In this document: in pieces, positions 23,588-32,802 of the stretch | Position numbering within the stretch: position 1 is the stretch's first letter | How the letters are laid out: every line of letters starts with the position of its first letter | Source: an uncultured Acidobacteriota bacterium | GTDB lineage: Bacteria; Acidobacteriota; Thermoanaerobaculia; UBA5066; Gp7-AA6 | Direction: 5' to 3' | Assembly (NCBI GenBank): GCA_963707935.1 | Contig: CAVPRN010000006.1 | Span: forward strand, 6,906-70,905 | DNA length: 64,000 nt | The notes under the pieces: model-generated | What the model saw: the letters and a program-made list of their open reading frames with translations, nothing else | Told to the model about the DNA's origin: nothing | Databases searched by the model: none | Translations under genes and position numbers: made by a program

Positions 23588-23770
23588 CTTTCGTACCGGC
23601 AGGTTTGGAAAGGCCGGTATCTCGCCCAAGCTCGCGACGCGACCAAGCTTCGCGAAGTCACCGAGCGAAGCGACTCGCGTCGCGGGAGCCGGAGCGCAGC
23701 GAGCGAGCCAGGCCGGCGGTCGAGCCCCTTTGGGCGAGCCGCTGGCCGGTGGCGGCCGACGGGATACCCG

Positions 23771-23804
23771 AAAAAACAGAGCAGCCGCCTCAGTCGGAGG
23801 CGGC
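23771..23804 (-). terminator. probable intrinsic terminator downstream of the UdgX-like gene
   Basis: Stem GCCGCCTC(23784-23791)/GAGGCGGC(23797-23804) with a 5-nt loop. On the minus strand it is followed, after 7 nt, by TTTTTT (A-run 23771-23776 on plus). Confidence 0.5.
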
Positions 23805-23835
23805 CGCCAGGCGAGCGAGCAAGCGAAGGCGACGA

Positions 23836-24837
23836 CTAGAGCGCGGAGCCGGCGAGCTTCAGGTCCGTGACGAGGAAATCGTAGATCCGTTTCTGCCCCG
23901 CTTCGTCCTCGGCGCGCAGCACGGCGGAGGGGTGGTACGTGGCGAGGACCTTCGGCGCCCACGGCGCCTCGAGAAACCGTCCGCGATCGCGGGTCAGGCG
24001 GAAGTCGGGGCCGAGCAGCGCCTTCGAGGCCGACGCGCCGAGACACACCAGGACGCGCGGCCGGACGATCGCGAGCTCCGCCTCGAGCCACGGCCGGCAA
24101 GCGCCAATCTCCGCGGCGTTCGGGGTCTGGTGGATGCGGCGCTTCGGCGTGCGAACGAACTTGAAGTGCTTGACGGCGTTCGTCACGTAGACCCGATCTC
24201 GCGGCAGCTCCGCGTCGGCGAGCGCGCGGTCGAGCACCTCGCCCGCCGGGCCCACGAAAGGCGCGCCCTGCAGGTCTTCCTGGTCGCCCGGCTGCTCGCC
24301 GACGAGCGCCGCCCGCGCCGTCGCGGGGCCCTTTCCGAAAACGGTCTGCGTGGCGTGCCGGTAGAGGTCGCAGCCGCGGCACGCCGCGGCCGCGCGGGCG
24401 AGCTCGGCGAGATCCGTCGTCTTCGGAACGAACGGCGCCGCGCCCGCATCGGAGGCCGCGGCGCCCGACTGCCGGGCCTCGGCCGCGAGACGCCGCACCC
24501 GCTCGACATCCGGGTCCGCCGCCTCCTCGAGGAGCCCCCGCTCTCCCCGCGCGAGGCGATGGAGGACGCGATACAGCGCCGCCCAGCGGTTCGGATCCGG
24601 ATGCGCCGCCGCGGCCGCCGCGAGATCGAGGAAAGCGCGCGGAACGCGGAGCGCCGCGCCGCCGCTCTCTCCGCGCGGCTCCCCGGCGGGCGGCGGCTCG
24701 TCGAACAGCCCCGGCTCGCCACCCGGGGCTGGAGCCTGTCTCCAGAGGACCTCTTCCGGCGCGAGGCCCTCCTCGATCAGCCGGCGAGCCGCCTCGCGCC
24801 AGCTCTCGAGCGTCGGTGCGATCGTGACCTCTCGCAC
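23836..24837 (-). CDS. udgX: UdgX-clade uracil-DNA glycosylase-superfamily protein with N-terminal DUF4130-like extension
   Basis: Intact 333-aa ORF. The C-terminal about 200 aa carry CRGCDLY, the motif-A variant GEQPGDQEDLQGAPFVGPAG, YVTNAVKHFKF, the UdgX-specific KRRIH loop, and motif-B HPSAVLR. Confidence 0.88.
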   Translation of the reverse strand: MREVTIAPTLESWREAARRLIEEGLAPEEVLWRQAPAPGGEPGLFDEPPPAGEPRGESGGAALRVPRAFLDLAAAAAAHPDPNRWAALYRVLHRLARGERGLLEEAADPDVERVRRLAAEARQSGAAASDAGAAPFVPKTTDLAELARAAAACRGCDLYRHATQTVFGKGPATARAALVGEQPGDQEDLQGAPFVGPAGEVLDRALADAELPRDRVYVTNAVKHFKFVRTPKRRIHQTPNAAEIGACRPWLEAELAIVRPRVLVCLGASASKALLGPDFRLTRDRGRFLEAPWAPKVLATYHPSAVLRAEDEAGQKRIYDFLVTDLKLAGSAL

Positions 24838-24883
24838 GCGGCCATGTTATCGGGCCTCGGGCCGGCGCCGCGAGGGGATGCCC

Positions 24884-27427
24884 CTAGAGCTCTCTCTCTG
24901 TCTTCTTCTCGGCGAGCTTCAACGCCTCGCGGAAACGCGGATCGGAACGGAGTGTTTCGAGGTCGTCGTCGTGGCGGAGCTGGCCGCGATCTCCGAAGCC
25001 GCGGTGGAGCGCCTGGAAGAGATAGCCAAAGGCCTCGTCCTTGCGCCCGAGCCGGGCGTTGGCGCAGGCGAGGTTGTACAGAGTCGTCGGCTCCCGGTAG
25101 CGCCGGGCGAGCGCTTTCTCGAAGGCTTCGACGGCGCCCGCGGCCTCGCCGGCGCCGAGCCTCGCGAACCCGAGATTGAACCAGGCGCGCCCGAGGTCCG
25201 GGTGGGCATTCGCGAACGTTTCGTAGTCGCGCGCCGCCCGCGCCCAACCCGACCGCTGACGGGTGCCGGCCGACTTCCATCCGTCGTCCGAGACGTCCCG
25301 GAGCTCGAGGCCGTCCGCGAGCGCCACGAGCTCCCGGAAGCGCGACTCCGACCGGAGCGCGTCGAGGTCTTCGTCGCTCTTCAGTTGCTTTGGGTCGTCG
25401 AACCCCGCCTCCAGGGCCTGGTTCAGGAAATCGAGTGCTCGCGCGCGGTCTCCGCCGAGCGCGTAGGCGCACGCGGCGTTGTAGAGGGAGACGCCGTTCT
25501 GGATCCCGGCGCGCGCCGACAGGCGGAACGCCTGCGCGGCGAGCTCGTAGGAGCCGGCATCGAGGAGCTCGCGGCCCAGGCCGTCGAGCTCTTCGGCCCC
25601 CTCCGGAAACCGCTCGGCCAGGCGGCGGAATCGATCTCCGAGCTCCGCCGCCTCTTCCCGCTTCGTCGCGGCCTGCGCCTGCCGGAGCCGGTTGCGCAGG
25701 TCGGAGAAACGCGGATCGGACCGAAGGCTCTCGAGATCCTCGTCTCGCGACAGAGACGCGAGCACGTCGAACCCTTCGTCGGCCGCCTTCTCGAGCCAGG
25801 CGAAGGCCCGATCCGGCTGCCCGGCCCGCGCGAAGCCGCACGCGGCGTTGTAGGCCGACGCGTCCTTCCGATACCCGGCGGCGTAGGCGCTCGCGAAAGC
25901 GGCGCTCGCCTCGCTCCACCGCTCCTCCTCGTGCAGCTTCCAGGCGCGCTTGTACGAGTCCTTCCCCTCCCGCGACGGATGTTTGCTCGCCGGAGCGAAA
26001 CCCGGGGACCAGCGCTCGGGGGCCGCGACCGGCATCGCGAGCGCGGCCGGAGCCGGCGTCGCGACTTCCGGGGATCGGGCTTCCGGCGCCGGTTCGGCCT
26101 GGGCCGGGCTCAGGGCGACGAGCGAACGGAGTGCGGCGGGGAGCGGCCGGGGCCGCCTGGCGGGCGCGGGGCTCCTCGAACAGCTCGGCGCGCGCGGCGC
26201 CCGCGAGGCCGCCGGAACGCTCGCCGCGAGCGCGGCCGGCGCCGGCGTCTCGGCGTCGGGGAATTCCGTCGGCAGCGCGGCTTCGGCGCAGCGAACGGAC
26301 CACGGCTGCAGCACCGCGAGGCTCGCCGCCGCGACTAGAAAGACCGCGGCCGCCGTCCTCGCTTGCCAGGCCGCGACGGGGCGGCGCCGCAGCCCCGGAT
26401 CGAGGATCGAGCGGAGCCGCTCCTCGAAGTGCGAGGGCCGCGCCATCCCCATCACAGGGAGCGGGCGGCGCTCGCCCGGCACGAGCGAGCGAATGATGCC
26501 GAGAAGGTGGCCGGCGTAGACGGAGGGCTTGGTCCCCGCGGCGAGCACGCGGTCGTCGGCCGCGCGTTCCGCGTCGCGGCGCAGGCGCCGCGCGAGGATC
26601 CAGGCGAGCGGGTGGAACCAGTAGACCGCGAGCGCCACCTCGGACGCGAGCAGGACCGGCCAATCGCGCCGCGCCACGTGGGCGAGCTCGTGCAGGAGGA
26701 CGACGCGGCGGCGCGGCGGATCCCAGCTTCGCGCGCTCTCGGGAAGGAGCAGGACCGGCCGGCGCAGGCCGCACGTCACCGCCACGGGGATCCGGTCGCT
26801 CCAGAAGAGCGCGACGGGAGCTCCGGGCGGGAGCGCGGCGCCGAGCGAGTCGGCGAGCGCCGTCCACTCGGGATCGAGAATCGGGACCGCCCGGCGGCGC
26901 AGCTGCCGCGCACGGGCCGCACCGACGAGGAATCGGGCGAGGAGGGCGAGCCCGACGGCGATCCAGAGACCCACCGCCGCGGCCATGGCCGGCAGCGGCA
27001 GCTCGAATCGGGCGGGCGTCTCGGCGGGCCGAGGCGCGACGACGGCGGCGATCGGGGCGAGGACGGGTTCGGAATCTTCGGGGGCCGGAGCCTCCGCCGG
27101 AGCGCCCTCCTCCGCGAGGGTCGCGCTCTCGGTCGAGACCGCGCCCCGCCGCGGGAGGAGGTCCGCGGGCGCGGCGCCGCGCGGCGACCCGGTCCGCCGC
27201 TCCGGCACGGGTGTGGGAAGCAGCGGAAGGTCGAGCCTGGGGAGCACCGGAGCGAGCAGCGGGAAGAGAAGCGCCGCGGCGAGGGCGAAGGCGCCGACCA
27301 GGTGCCTCTCGGAGGCGGGGCGGCGCCGCAACGCCAGCAGGGCGAGGCCGGCCGCCGAGAAGAGGATCGTCGCCTTCAGGGCGAGATCCAGAGCGAAACG
27401 GAAGACGGCGGTGACGTTCGAGTCCAT
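24884..27427 (-). CDS. BlaR1/MecR1-family M56 peptidase signal transducer with C-terminal TPR-like repeat sensor region
   Basis: Intact 847-aa ORF. TM helices. HEXXH in VVLLHELAHVARRDW. The C-terminal half has a recurring module (YNAAC...GF-D...L..D.DLE.LRSDPRF) seen at least 3 times. No penicillin-binding domain motifs were seen. Confidence 0.88.
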   Translation of the reverse strand: MDSNVTAVFRFALDLALKATILFSAAGLALLALRRRPASERHLVGAFALAAALLFPLLAPVLPRLDLPLLPTPVPERRTGSPRGAAPADLLPRRGAVSTESATLAEEGAPAEAPAPEDSEPVLAPIAAVVAPRPAETPARFELPLPAMAAAVGLWIAVGLALLARFLVGAARARQLRRRAVPILDPEWTALADSLGAALPPGAPVALFWSDRIPVAVTCGLRRPVLLLPESARSWDPPRRRVVLLHELAHVARRDWPVLLASEVALAVYWFHPLAWILARRLRRDAERAADDRVLAAGTKPSVYAGHLLGIIRSLVPGERRPLPVMGMARPSHFEERLRSILDPGLRRRPVAAWQARTAAAVFLVAAASLAVLQPWSVRCAEAALPTEFPDAETPAPAALAASVPAASRAPRAPSCSRSPAPARRPRPLPAALRSLVALSPAQAEPAPEARSPEVATPAPAALAMPVAAPERWSPGFAPASKHPSREGKDSYKRAWKLHEEERWSEASAAFASAYAAGYRKDASAYNAACGFARAGQPDRAFAWLEKAADEGFDVLASLSRDEDLESLRSDPRFSDLRNRLRQAQAATKREEAAELGDRFRRLAERFPEGAEELDGLGRELLDAGSYELAAQAFRLSARAGIQNGVSLYNAACAYALGGDRARALDFLNQALEAGFDDPKQLKSDEDLDALRSESRFRELVALADGLELRDVSDDGWKSAGTRQRSGWARAARDYETFANAHPDLGRAWFNLGFARLGAGEAAGAVEAFEKALARRYREPTTLYNLACANARLGRKDEAFGYLFQALHRGFGDRGQLRHDDDLETLRSDPRFREALKLAEKKTEREL

Positions 27428-27428
27428 C

Positions 27429-27821
27429 TCAGCGTCCCTCCTCCCGGGCTTGATCGATCAGCCGGGCCAGCCGGTCGAGCTCCTCCTCGGAGAGCTCCGG
27501 CCGCCGCAGATCGAGGAGCGCGGCGACCGCCTTCTCGGCCGATCCGTCGAAAAAAGTCGAGACGACGTTCTCGAGGGCGGGCCGCCCCGCACGCGAACGC
27601 GAGAGCGTCGGGCGGTAAGCGTAGCCCTTGCCCTGCGGCTCGTGTCGAGCGAAGCCCTTCGTCTCCAGGATCTTGAGCAGGGCCCGCACGGCCGAATAGC
27701 TCGGCGGGTCCGGCAGACGGTCGAGCACCTGGCGCGGGGTCGCCGGCCCGTCCCGATAGAGGATGTCCATGATCTGCCGTTCCCGCCGCGACAGATGCAG
27801 GAGCGCCCGATCCCGGCTCAT
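27429..27821 (-). CDS. BlaI/MecI/CopY-family transcriptional repressor
   Basis: Intact 130-aa ORF. LSRRERQIMDILYRDGPATPRQVLDRL...YSAVRALLKILETKGF. One nt separates it from the blaR1-like start. Strong RBS GAGGAGGAGAGGA. Confidence 0.9.
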   Translation of the reverse strand: MSRDRALLHLSRRERQIMDILYRDGPATPRQVLDRLPDPPSYSAVRALLKILETKGFARHEPQGKGYAYRPTLSRSRAGRPALENVVSTFFDGSAEKAVAALLDLRRPELSEEELDRLARLIDQAREEGR

Positions 27822-27834
27822 CCTCTCCTCCTCA

Positions 27835-27868
27835 TGCTAAAAAAACAGCACATGCTGGAATATTAGCA
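27835..27868. promoter_or_regulatory. candidate operator / divergent promoter between the blaI-like gene and ORF 28000
   Basis: AT-rich patch with nested inverted repeats: TGCTAA(27835-27840)...TTAGCA(27863-27868), and an inner CAGCA-CA-TGCTG. TAATAT on the minus strand is a possible -10. Confidence 0.45.
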
Positions 27869-27999
27869 CCACTCCCTGATACGCGATCCCCCGCCGCGGG
27901 TTTCGTCGAAATCGGCGCCGGGGGCGCCGGGGGGCCGCGTAACCCGGGCCCCTCCCGGGCGTCTCACCGCTACGGAGAGAGCTCCGGAGGAGGGAAATC

Positions 28000-28650
28000 A
28001 TGTCCTCGGCACGAATCCTCGGGCCCACGATCGCGGGCCTCCTCGCTCTGGCGGCGGCCGCGGGGGCGGCGCCCGGGGGCGAAGCGCACCGCCGCGCGGA
28101 TTGCGGCGACTCCTACATCCTTTCCCGGGGGGACCACTGGTCGATCTCGAGCGGCAGCCTCGAAGCCCTCCGGGCGACCCGCCGCCGCTTCTCCGGAGAT
28201 TTCCTCTGGGCGATGCGGGGCGGCCGGGAGGTCCTGATCCGCGATCCGAACACGCTCGCGGAGGCGACCGCCGCTTTCTCCCCGATGCGCGAGCTCGAGC
28301 CCGAGCAGAGGGCCCTCGAAGGAAAGCAGCGGGACCTCGAGTCGCGTCAGAGCGATCTCGATTCCGAGCAGGAGGACGTCGATCGGGAGCTCGACCGCCT
28401 GAGCGACGACGAGTCGGACGAAGTCGCGGCGCCGGGTTCGGAGGAGACCCGCCGGGACCTCGAGCGCCGCCTTCGGGACCTCGAATCCCGGGCGCGCGCT
28501 CTCGAGGGCGAAGACCGCGAGCTCGAAGCGCAGGAGCGCGCGATCGACGAGCGCACCGACGCGCTCGAGAAGCAGGCGGAGGCGAAGCTCTGGGCGCTCG
28601 TCGACCGGGCGGTCGCCGACGGGCGGGCCGAGGTCCTCCGGAAGCCGTAG
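28000..28650 (+). CDS. secreted hypothetical protein with acidic coiled-coil C-terminal half
   Basis: Intact 216-aa ORF with GC-rich third positions. Signal peptide MSSARILGPTIAGLLALAAAAGAAPG. RBS GGAGGAGGG. Repetitive RDLES/RELE heptad-like segment. Confidence 0.7.
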   Translation: MSSARILGPTIAGLLALAAAAGAAPGGEAHRRADCGDSYILSRGDHWSISSGSLEALRATRRRFSGDFLWAMRGGREVLIRDPNTLAEATAAFSPMRELEPEQRALEGKQRDLESRQSDLDSEQEDVDRELDRLSDDESDEVAAPGSEETRRDLERRLRDLESRARALEGEDRELEAQERAIDERTDALEKQAEAKLWALVDRAVADGRAEVLRKP

Positions 28651-28668
28651 CCCCGGCCGGACTCTTCT

Positions 28669-29493
28669 CTACTTCAGGCGTTCCGCCAGAAACGCGATCG
28701 TGCGGGGCCAGGCCTGCCGCGCGGCCTCGAGGTTCGCGCCGTTTCGCTCGCCGAGTTGCCTCAGGAAGCCGTGCCCGGCGCCTTCGTAGGTATGCGTCTC
28801 GAAGGTCTTGCCGAGACGCTTCATCTCCGCCTCCGCCGGCGGCACGGTCGCGCCCACGCGCGCGTCGTCGCCCCCGTAGAGGCCGAGCACCGGAGCGCGG
28901 ATCGATGCGAGCGCCGCGGTCTCCGGCGAAGTCCCGTAGTAGACGACCGCCGCGTCGAGCTCCGGCCGGGAAGCGGCGTACGCGAAGCTGCGGGCGCCTC
29001 CCCAGCAGAACCCGACGGTCGCGCTCTTCCCGCTCGCCGCCGGCAGCCGGATCGCCCACTCCCGCACTGCGTCGAGCCGCGCCGTGGCTTCCTCGGGCGT
29101 CAAGCCGCGAACGAGCTTCACGGCTTCGTCCCGCCCGCCCGCGGATTCCGTCCCGCCGCCGCCGGGGCCGAGCCCGGAGACGAGGTCCGGCGCGACGGCG
29201 AGGAAGCCTTCCGCCGCGAGCCGGTCGGCCACGCCGCGGATCCAGTCGGAGAGCCCGAACACCTCGTGGATCACGAGGACGACCCCGGCGCGGTCCTTCC
29301 GCTCGGGATAGACGACCCACGTCCGGATCGGCGTCGTGCGGCCCGGCGCCTTCACGTCCATCCATTCCCCGTGGCGGGGCGATTTCTCGAGCGCCGCCTT
29401 CGCGTCGCCCTCGGGCGGCGGGAGCTCGCCGGGCGCCGGAGGCGCGGCGAGCCGGGCGAGGAGCAGGAGGCCGAGGAGAGCGAAGGCGCTCAT
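28669..29493 (-). CDS. dienelactone hydrolase-family alpha/beta hydrolase, secreted
   Basis: Last 274 aa of ORF 28669..30522, from ATG 29493 (MSAFALLGLLLLARL). VLVIHEVFGLSDWIRGVADRLAAEGFLAVAPDL, VGFCWGG, GAGHGF. Confidence 0.88.
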   Translation of the reverse strand: MSAFALLGLLLLARLAAPPAPGELPPPEGDAKAALEKSPRHGEWMDVKAPGRTTPIRTWVVYPERKDRAGVVLVIHEVFGLSDWIRGVADRLAAEGFLAVAPDLVSGLGPGGGGTESAGGRDEAVKLVRGLTPEEATARLDAVREWAIRLPAASGKSATVGFCWGGARSFAYAASRPELDAAVVYYGTSPETAALASIRAPVLGLYGGDDARVGATVPPAEAEMKRLGKTFETHTYEGAGHGFLRQLGERNGANLEAARQAWPRTIAFLAERLK

Positions 29494-31271
29494 CGGCCGA
29501 TCGGAATCTCGAGAGCGCTCGGGTGCGCGGCGTCGTGGAGAAGCGTCACGTGCGCCGTCTTCGCGTCCTTCGCGGTCTCCTCGGCCACGACGCCGCCGCT
29601 GTTGTAGTTCTTCTCGGAGGCAATCGAGTTGATGCAGTGGACGAGCAGACGCAGGCGGCTCCCCTTGCCGACGCGCCGCGAGAAGAACGTGAAGTTGTCG
29701 AAGACGTACTTCTCCGGCTTGCCGACCGGCACGGGCTTCGCCTGGCGCAGCGACTCGCGGTAGCGCGCGCGCATCGTCGCGCCCGAGAGCGCGACCGAGC
29801 TCCCGTCCGGCAGGATCTCGTAGAGGAGTGCCTCGAGGTCCGTGTCCGGCACGTCCATCGAGAGCCAGAGCGTGAGCTTCGGGAACCCCGTGACTTCCGT
29901 CGCTTCGGCGAAGGGCTCGCCGTGGTAGACGGCGCCGTTCCCGAAGAGGTTCATCGAGAGCCTCTGGAGACGTCAGCCCGTTCGCTTCGTCGTCCGGTTC
30001 GGCCGCCCCCGGCCGGATGTCGAGCGGGTCGTAGGTCCAGCGGTCCGAAGGCGCGCCGGCGCCCGGCTTCTCCGCGAGGGAGCCCGGAGTGGAAGACGTC
30101 GTCCGCCGAGCCGCCCGAGGCGAGGTACAGCGCGCGCTTGCCCGCTGGCGACCTCTTCGATCGAGTCGGCGTACTTCCACTCCTCGGCGCCGACGACGTA
30201 GTACGCGACGCGCTTCTTCAGGAATTCCGGCTTCGTTCCCCCCTTCATCGTCCAGTCGTACCACTGGCGGTGGAGGGCGTTCAGATCGACCAGGCTCGCC
30301 GGGCCGAACTTGAGTCCCGCCGACGTCCGCCTTCGGCGTGCGCGTCCCGGCGTGGTCCCAGGGTCCCACGATCAGATAGTGGCTCGCTTTCGACTCCGGC
30401 GTTCCGTACTTCATGTGCCGGTCGTAGTAGACGAAGGCGCCGGGCTGGTCGCCGTCGTAGTGGCCGGTGATCGTCAGGATCGGGATCCGCAGGCGCGCGT
30501 ACTGCTCGGGCGACGGGACCATGGCGTCGTAGTAGGCGTCGGGAGTCGGATGTTGCAGCCACTTCTGGAAGACGGTCGATCGGTTGCCGACGATGCGCTC
30601 GAAGTCGCGAAAGGCGGCGTGCGCGTTGTAGTACTCGCGGGCCTTCGCGGCCCAGAAGGCGGCCGACGCCGAACAGGTTCCCGTTTCCCGTCACGCCGCT
30701 CGTGAACGTCAGCCACTGGAGGTCGTAGGGCGTGAAGATGTTGTACTGGAACGGAAAATCCGTTCCGGGATGCGCCGCGGCGGCGGGCACGATCGTCGCG
30801 AGGTGCGGCGGCAACTCCTTGGCGGTCGACCACTGGTCGAAGCCGGCGTAGGAGCCGCCCCACATCGCCACCTTGCCGTCGCACCAGGGCTGCTTCGCCA
30901 GCCACTCGACGACGTCGTGGCCGTCCCGGGCGTCGCTGGCGAAGGGCTCGAAGACCCCTCCCGAGTTTCCCCGCCCCCGCACGTCGACGAGCGCGAAGAC
31001 GTAGCCGTGCGCGGCGAAATAGAGCGCGCGCTCGAGGTACGTGTCGCGAGATGTAGGGCGTCAGCGTGAAGACGGCGGGGAGCGCTTCCTTCTGGCCGCG
31101 CGGCCGATAGATCGTGGCGTTCAACGACACGCCGTCGCGCATCGGGATCTTCACGGCCCACTGCATGTCCACGTTCGATCCGGGCGCCGGCTCCTCGGAG
31201 AGAGCGCCCCCTCGAAGCGCCGCGAGCGCAGCGGCCGCGGCGACAGCCAGGCGGATTGCCCGACTCCTCAT
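29490..31271 (-). pseudogene. CocE/NonD-family (S15, X-Pro dipeptidyl-peptidase-like) hydrolase; at least 5 frame changes
   Basis: Signal peptide MRSRAIRLAVAAAAALA plus VKIPMRDGVSLNATIYRP (ORF 30474..31349). VDVRGRGNSGGVFEPF...MWGGSYAGFDQW (30281..30982). ITGHYDGDQPGAFVYY (28669..30522). C-terminal beta-sandwich (29490..29954). The stop overlaps the DLH start (ATGA). Confidence 0.8.
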
Positions 31272-31347
31272 CGGTCCTCCTTCGGAATTGCGCCGCATGC
31301 TATCGCGCCGACGCGGGCCGGCTGATAGATTCCGCGGGCACCGGGAC

Positions 31348-32802
31348 ATGCGGCGGAACTTTCTCTTCTACGGGGCTTCGCTCCTCCTCTTCGGAGCCGG
31401 GATCGGGCTCGTCCTCCGACAGGGAAGCCGGCTGGAGCCCGCCGGAGCGGCGCTGGAGGTCCGCGCGCCGGAGACTCCCGCGTCCCCACGCCCGGCCGCT
31501 TCCGGCGTGCGGGAGCGGCTGCGCGAGCCGCTGCCTCTGCTCCTCCTGCAACTCATCGTGATCGTCAGCGCGGCCCGTCTCTGCGGGATGGCGATCCGTC
31601 GGCTCGGCCAGCCGGCCGTGATCGGGGAGATCGTGGCCGGCATCGCGCTCGGGCCGTCGCTCCTCGGCGCGCTCGCGCCGTCCGTCTCGGCGTTCCTCTT
31701 CCCGCCGTCCTCCGTCGGCTTGCTGAAGCTGCTCGCGGAGATCGGGGTCCTCCTCTTTCTCTTCGTCGTGGGGCTCGAGCTCGATGTCGCCGCCGTCCGC
31801 CGGAGCGCGCCGGCGGCCGTCGTCGTCAGCCACGCGAGCATCGTCGCCCCCTACTTTCTGGGCGTCGCCCTGGCGCTTCCCCTCTTCCCGACGCTGGCGC
31901 CGGCCGGCACGCGATTCGTCCCTTTCGCGCTCTTCCTCGGCATCGCGATGAGCATCACGGCGTTCCCCGTGCTCGCGCGGATTCTCGAGGAGCGGGGAAT
32001 GACCCGGACGCCGCTCGGCGGGCTCGCGATCGCCTGCGCGGCGGTGGACGACGCGACGGCCTGGAGCCTGCTCGCGCTCGTGGTCGCGACCGCGCAGGCG
32101 ACCGGCCTCGCGGGAGCGCTCGGAACGATCCTCTGGACGGTCGTCTTCGCGATCGCGATGCTCGGGATGGTCGGCCCGGCGCTCCGGCGCGCGCTCGCCG
32201 GGGACGCGCAGAAGCATGAGCCCGGAAAGTCCGCCGTCGCGGCGGCTCTGCTCGTCCTTCTCGCGAGCGCGCTCGCGACCGAGCTCATCGGCATCCACGC
32301 CCTCTTCGGCGCGTTCCTGGCTGGGGTCGTCATGCCGCGCGAAACGCGATTCCGGCGCTACCTGGCCGAGCGGCTCGAGCGCTTCAGCTCCGTCTTCCTG
32401 CTCCCCCTCTTCTTCGCCTTCACGGGGCTCCGGACCCGGATCGGCCTCCTCACGGACGCGGGGGACTGGCTGACCTGCCTCGCCATCGTCCTCGTCGCCA
32501 CCGCGGGGAAGCTCGGGGGCAGCATGCTCGCGGCTCGCTTCGCGCGGATGAGCTGGCCCGACAGCTTCGCGCTCGGAGCGCTCCTCAACACCCGGGGCCT
32601 GATGGAGCTGATCGCGCTCAACCTCGGCTACGAGCTCGGCATCCTCTCGCCCCGGATCTTCGCCATGATGGTGTTGATGGCCCTCGCGACGACGCTCGCG
32701 ACCGGGCCGCTCCTCTCCGCCGCCGACGCCTGGAGGCGGGCGGCGGCGGCGCTCGCGGTCCCCCCGCGCGCCGGCGCCGCTACTCGAACCGAAGCGCGAT
32801 GA
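31348..32802 (+). CDS. cation:proton antiporter (CPA2, Kef/NapA-like)
   Basis: In-frame ATG 31348 within ORF 31114..32802 (MRRNFLFYGASLLLF). QPAVIGEIVAGIALGPSLLG, FLFVVGLELD, AFPVLARILEERG, GIHALFGAFLAGVVMP. Confidence 0.88.
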   Translation: MRRNFLFYGASLLLFGAGIGLVLRQGSRLEPAGAALEVRAPETPASPRPAASGVRERLREPLPLLLLQLIVIVSAARLCGMAIRRLGQPAVIGEIVAGIALGPSLLGALAPSVSAFLFPPSSVGLLKLLAEIGVLLFLFVVGLELDVAAVRRSAPAAVVVSHASIVAPYFLGVALALPLFPTLAPAGTRFVPFALFLGIAMSITAFPVLARILEERGMTRTPLGGLAIACAAVDDATAWSLLALVVATAQATGLAGALGTILWTVVFAIAMLGMVGPALRRALAGDAQKHEPGKSAVAAALLVLLASALATELIGIHALFGAFLAGVVMPRETRFRRYLAERLERFSSVFLLPLFFAFTGLRTRIGLLTDAGDWLTCLAIVLVATAGKLGGSMLAARFARMSWPDSFALGALLNTRGLMELIALNLGYELGILSPRIFAMMVLMALATTLATGPLLSAADAWRRAAAALAVPPRAGAATRTEAR

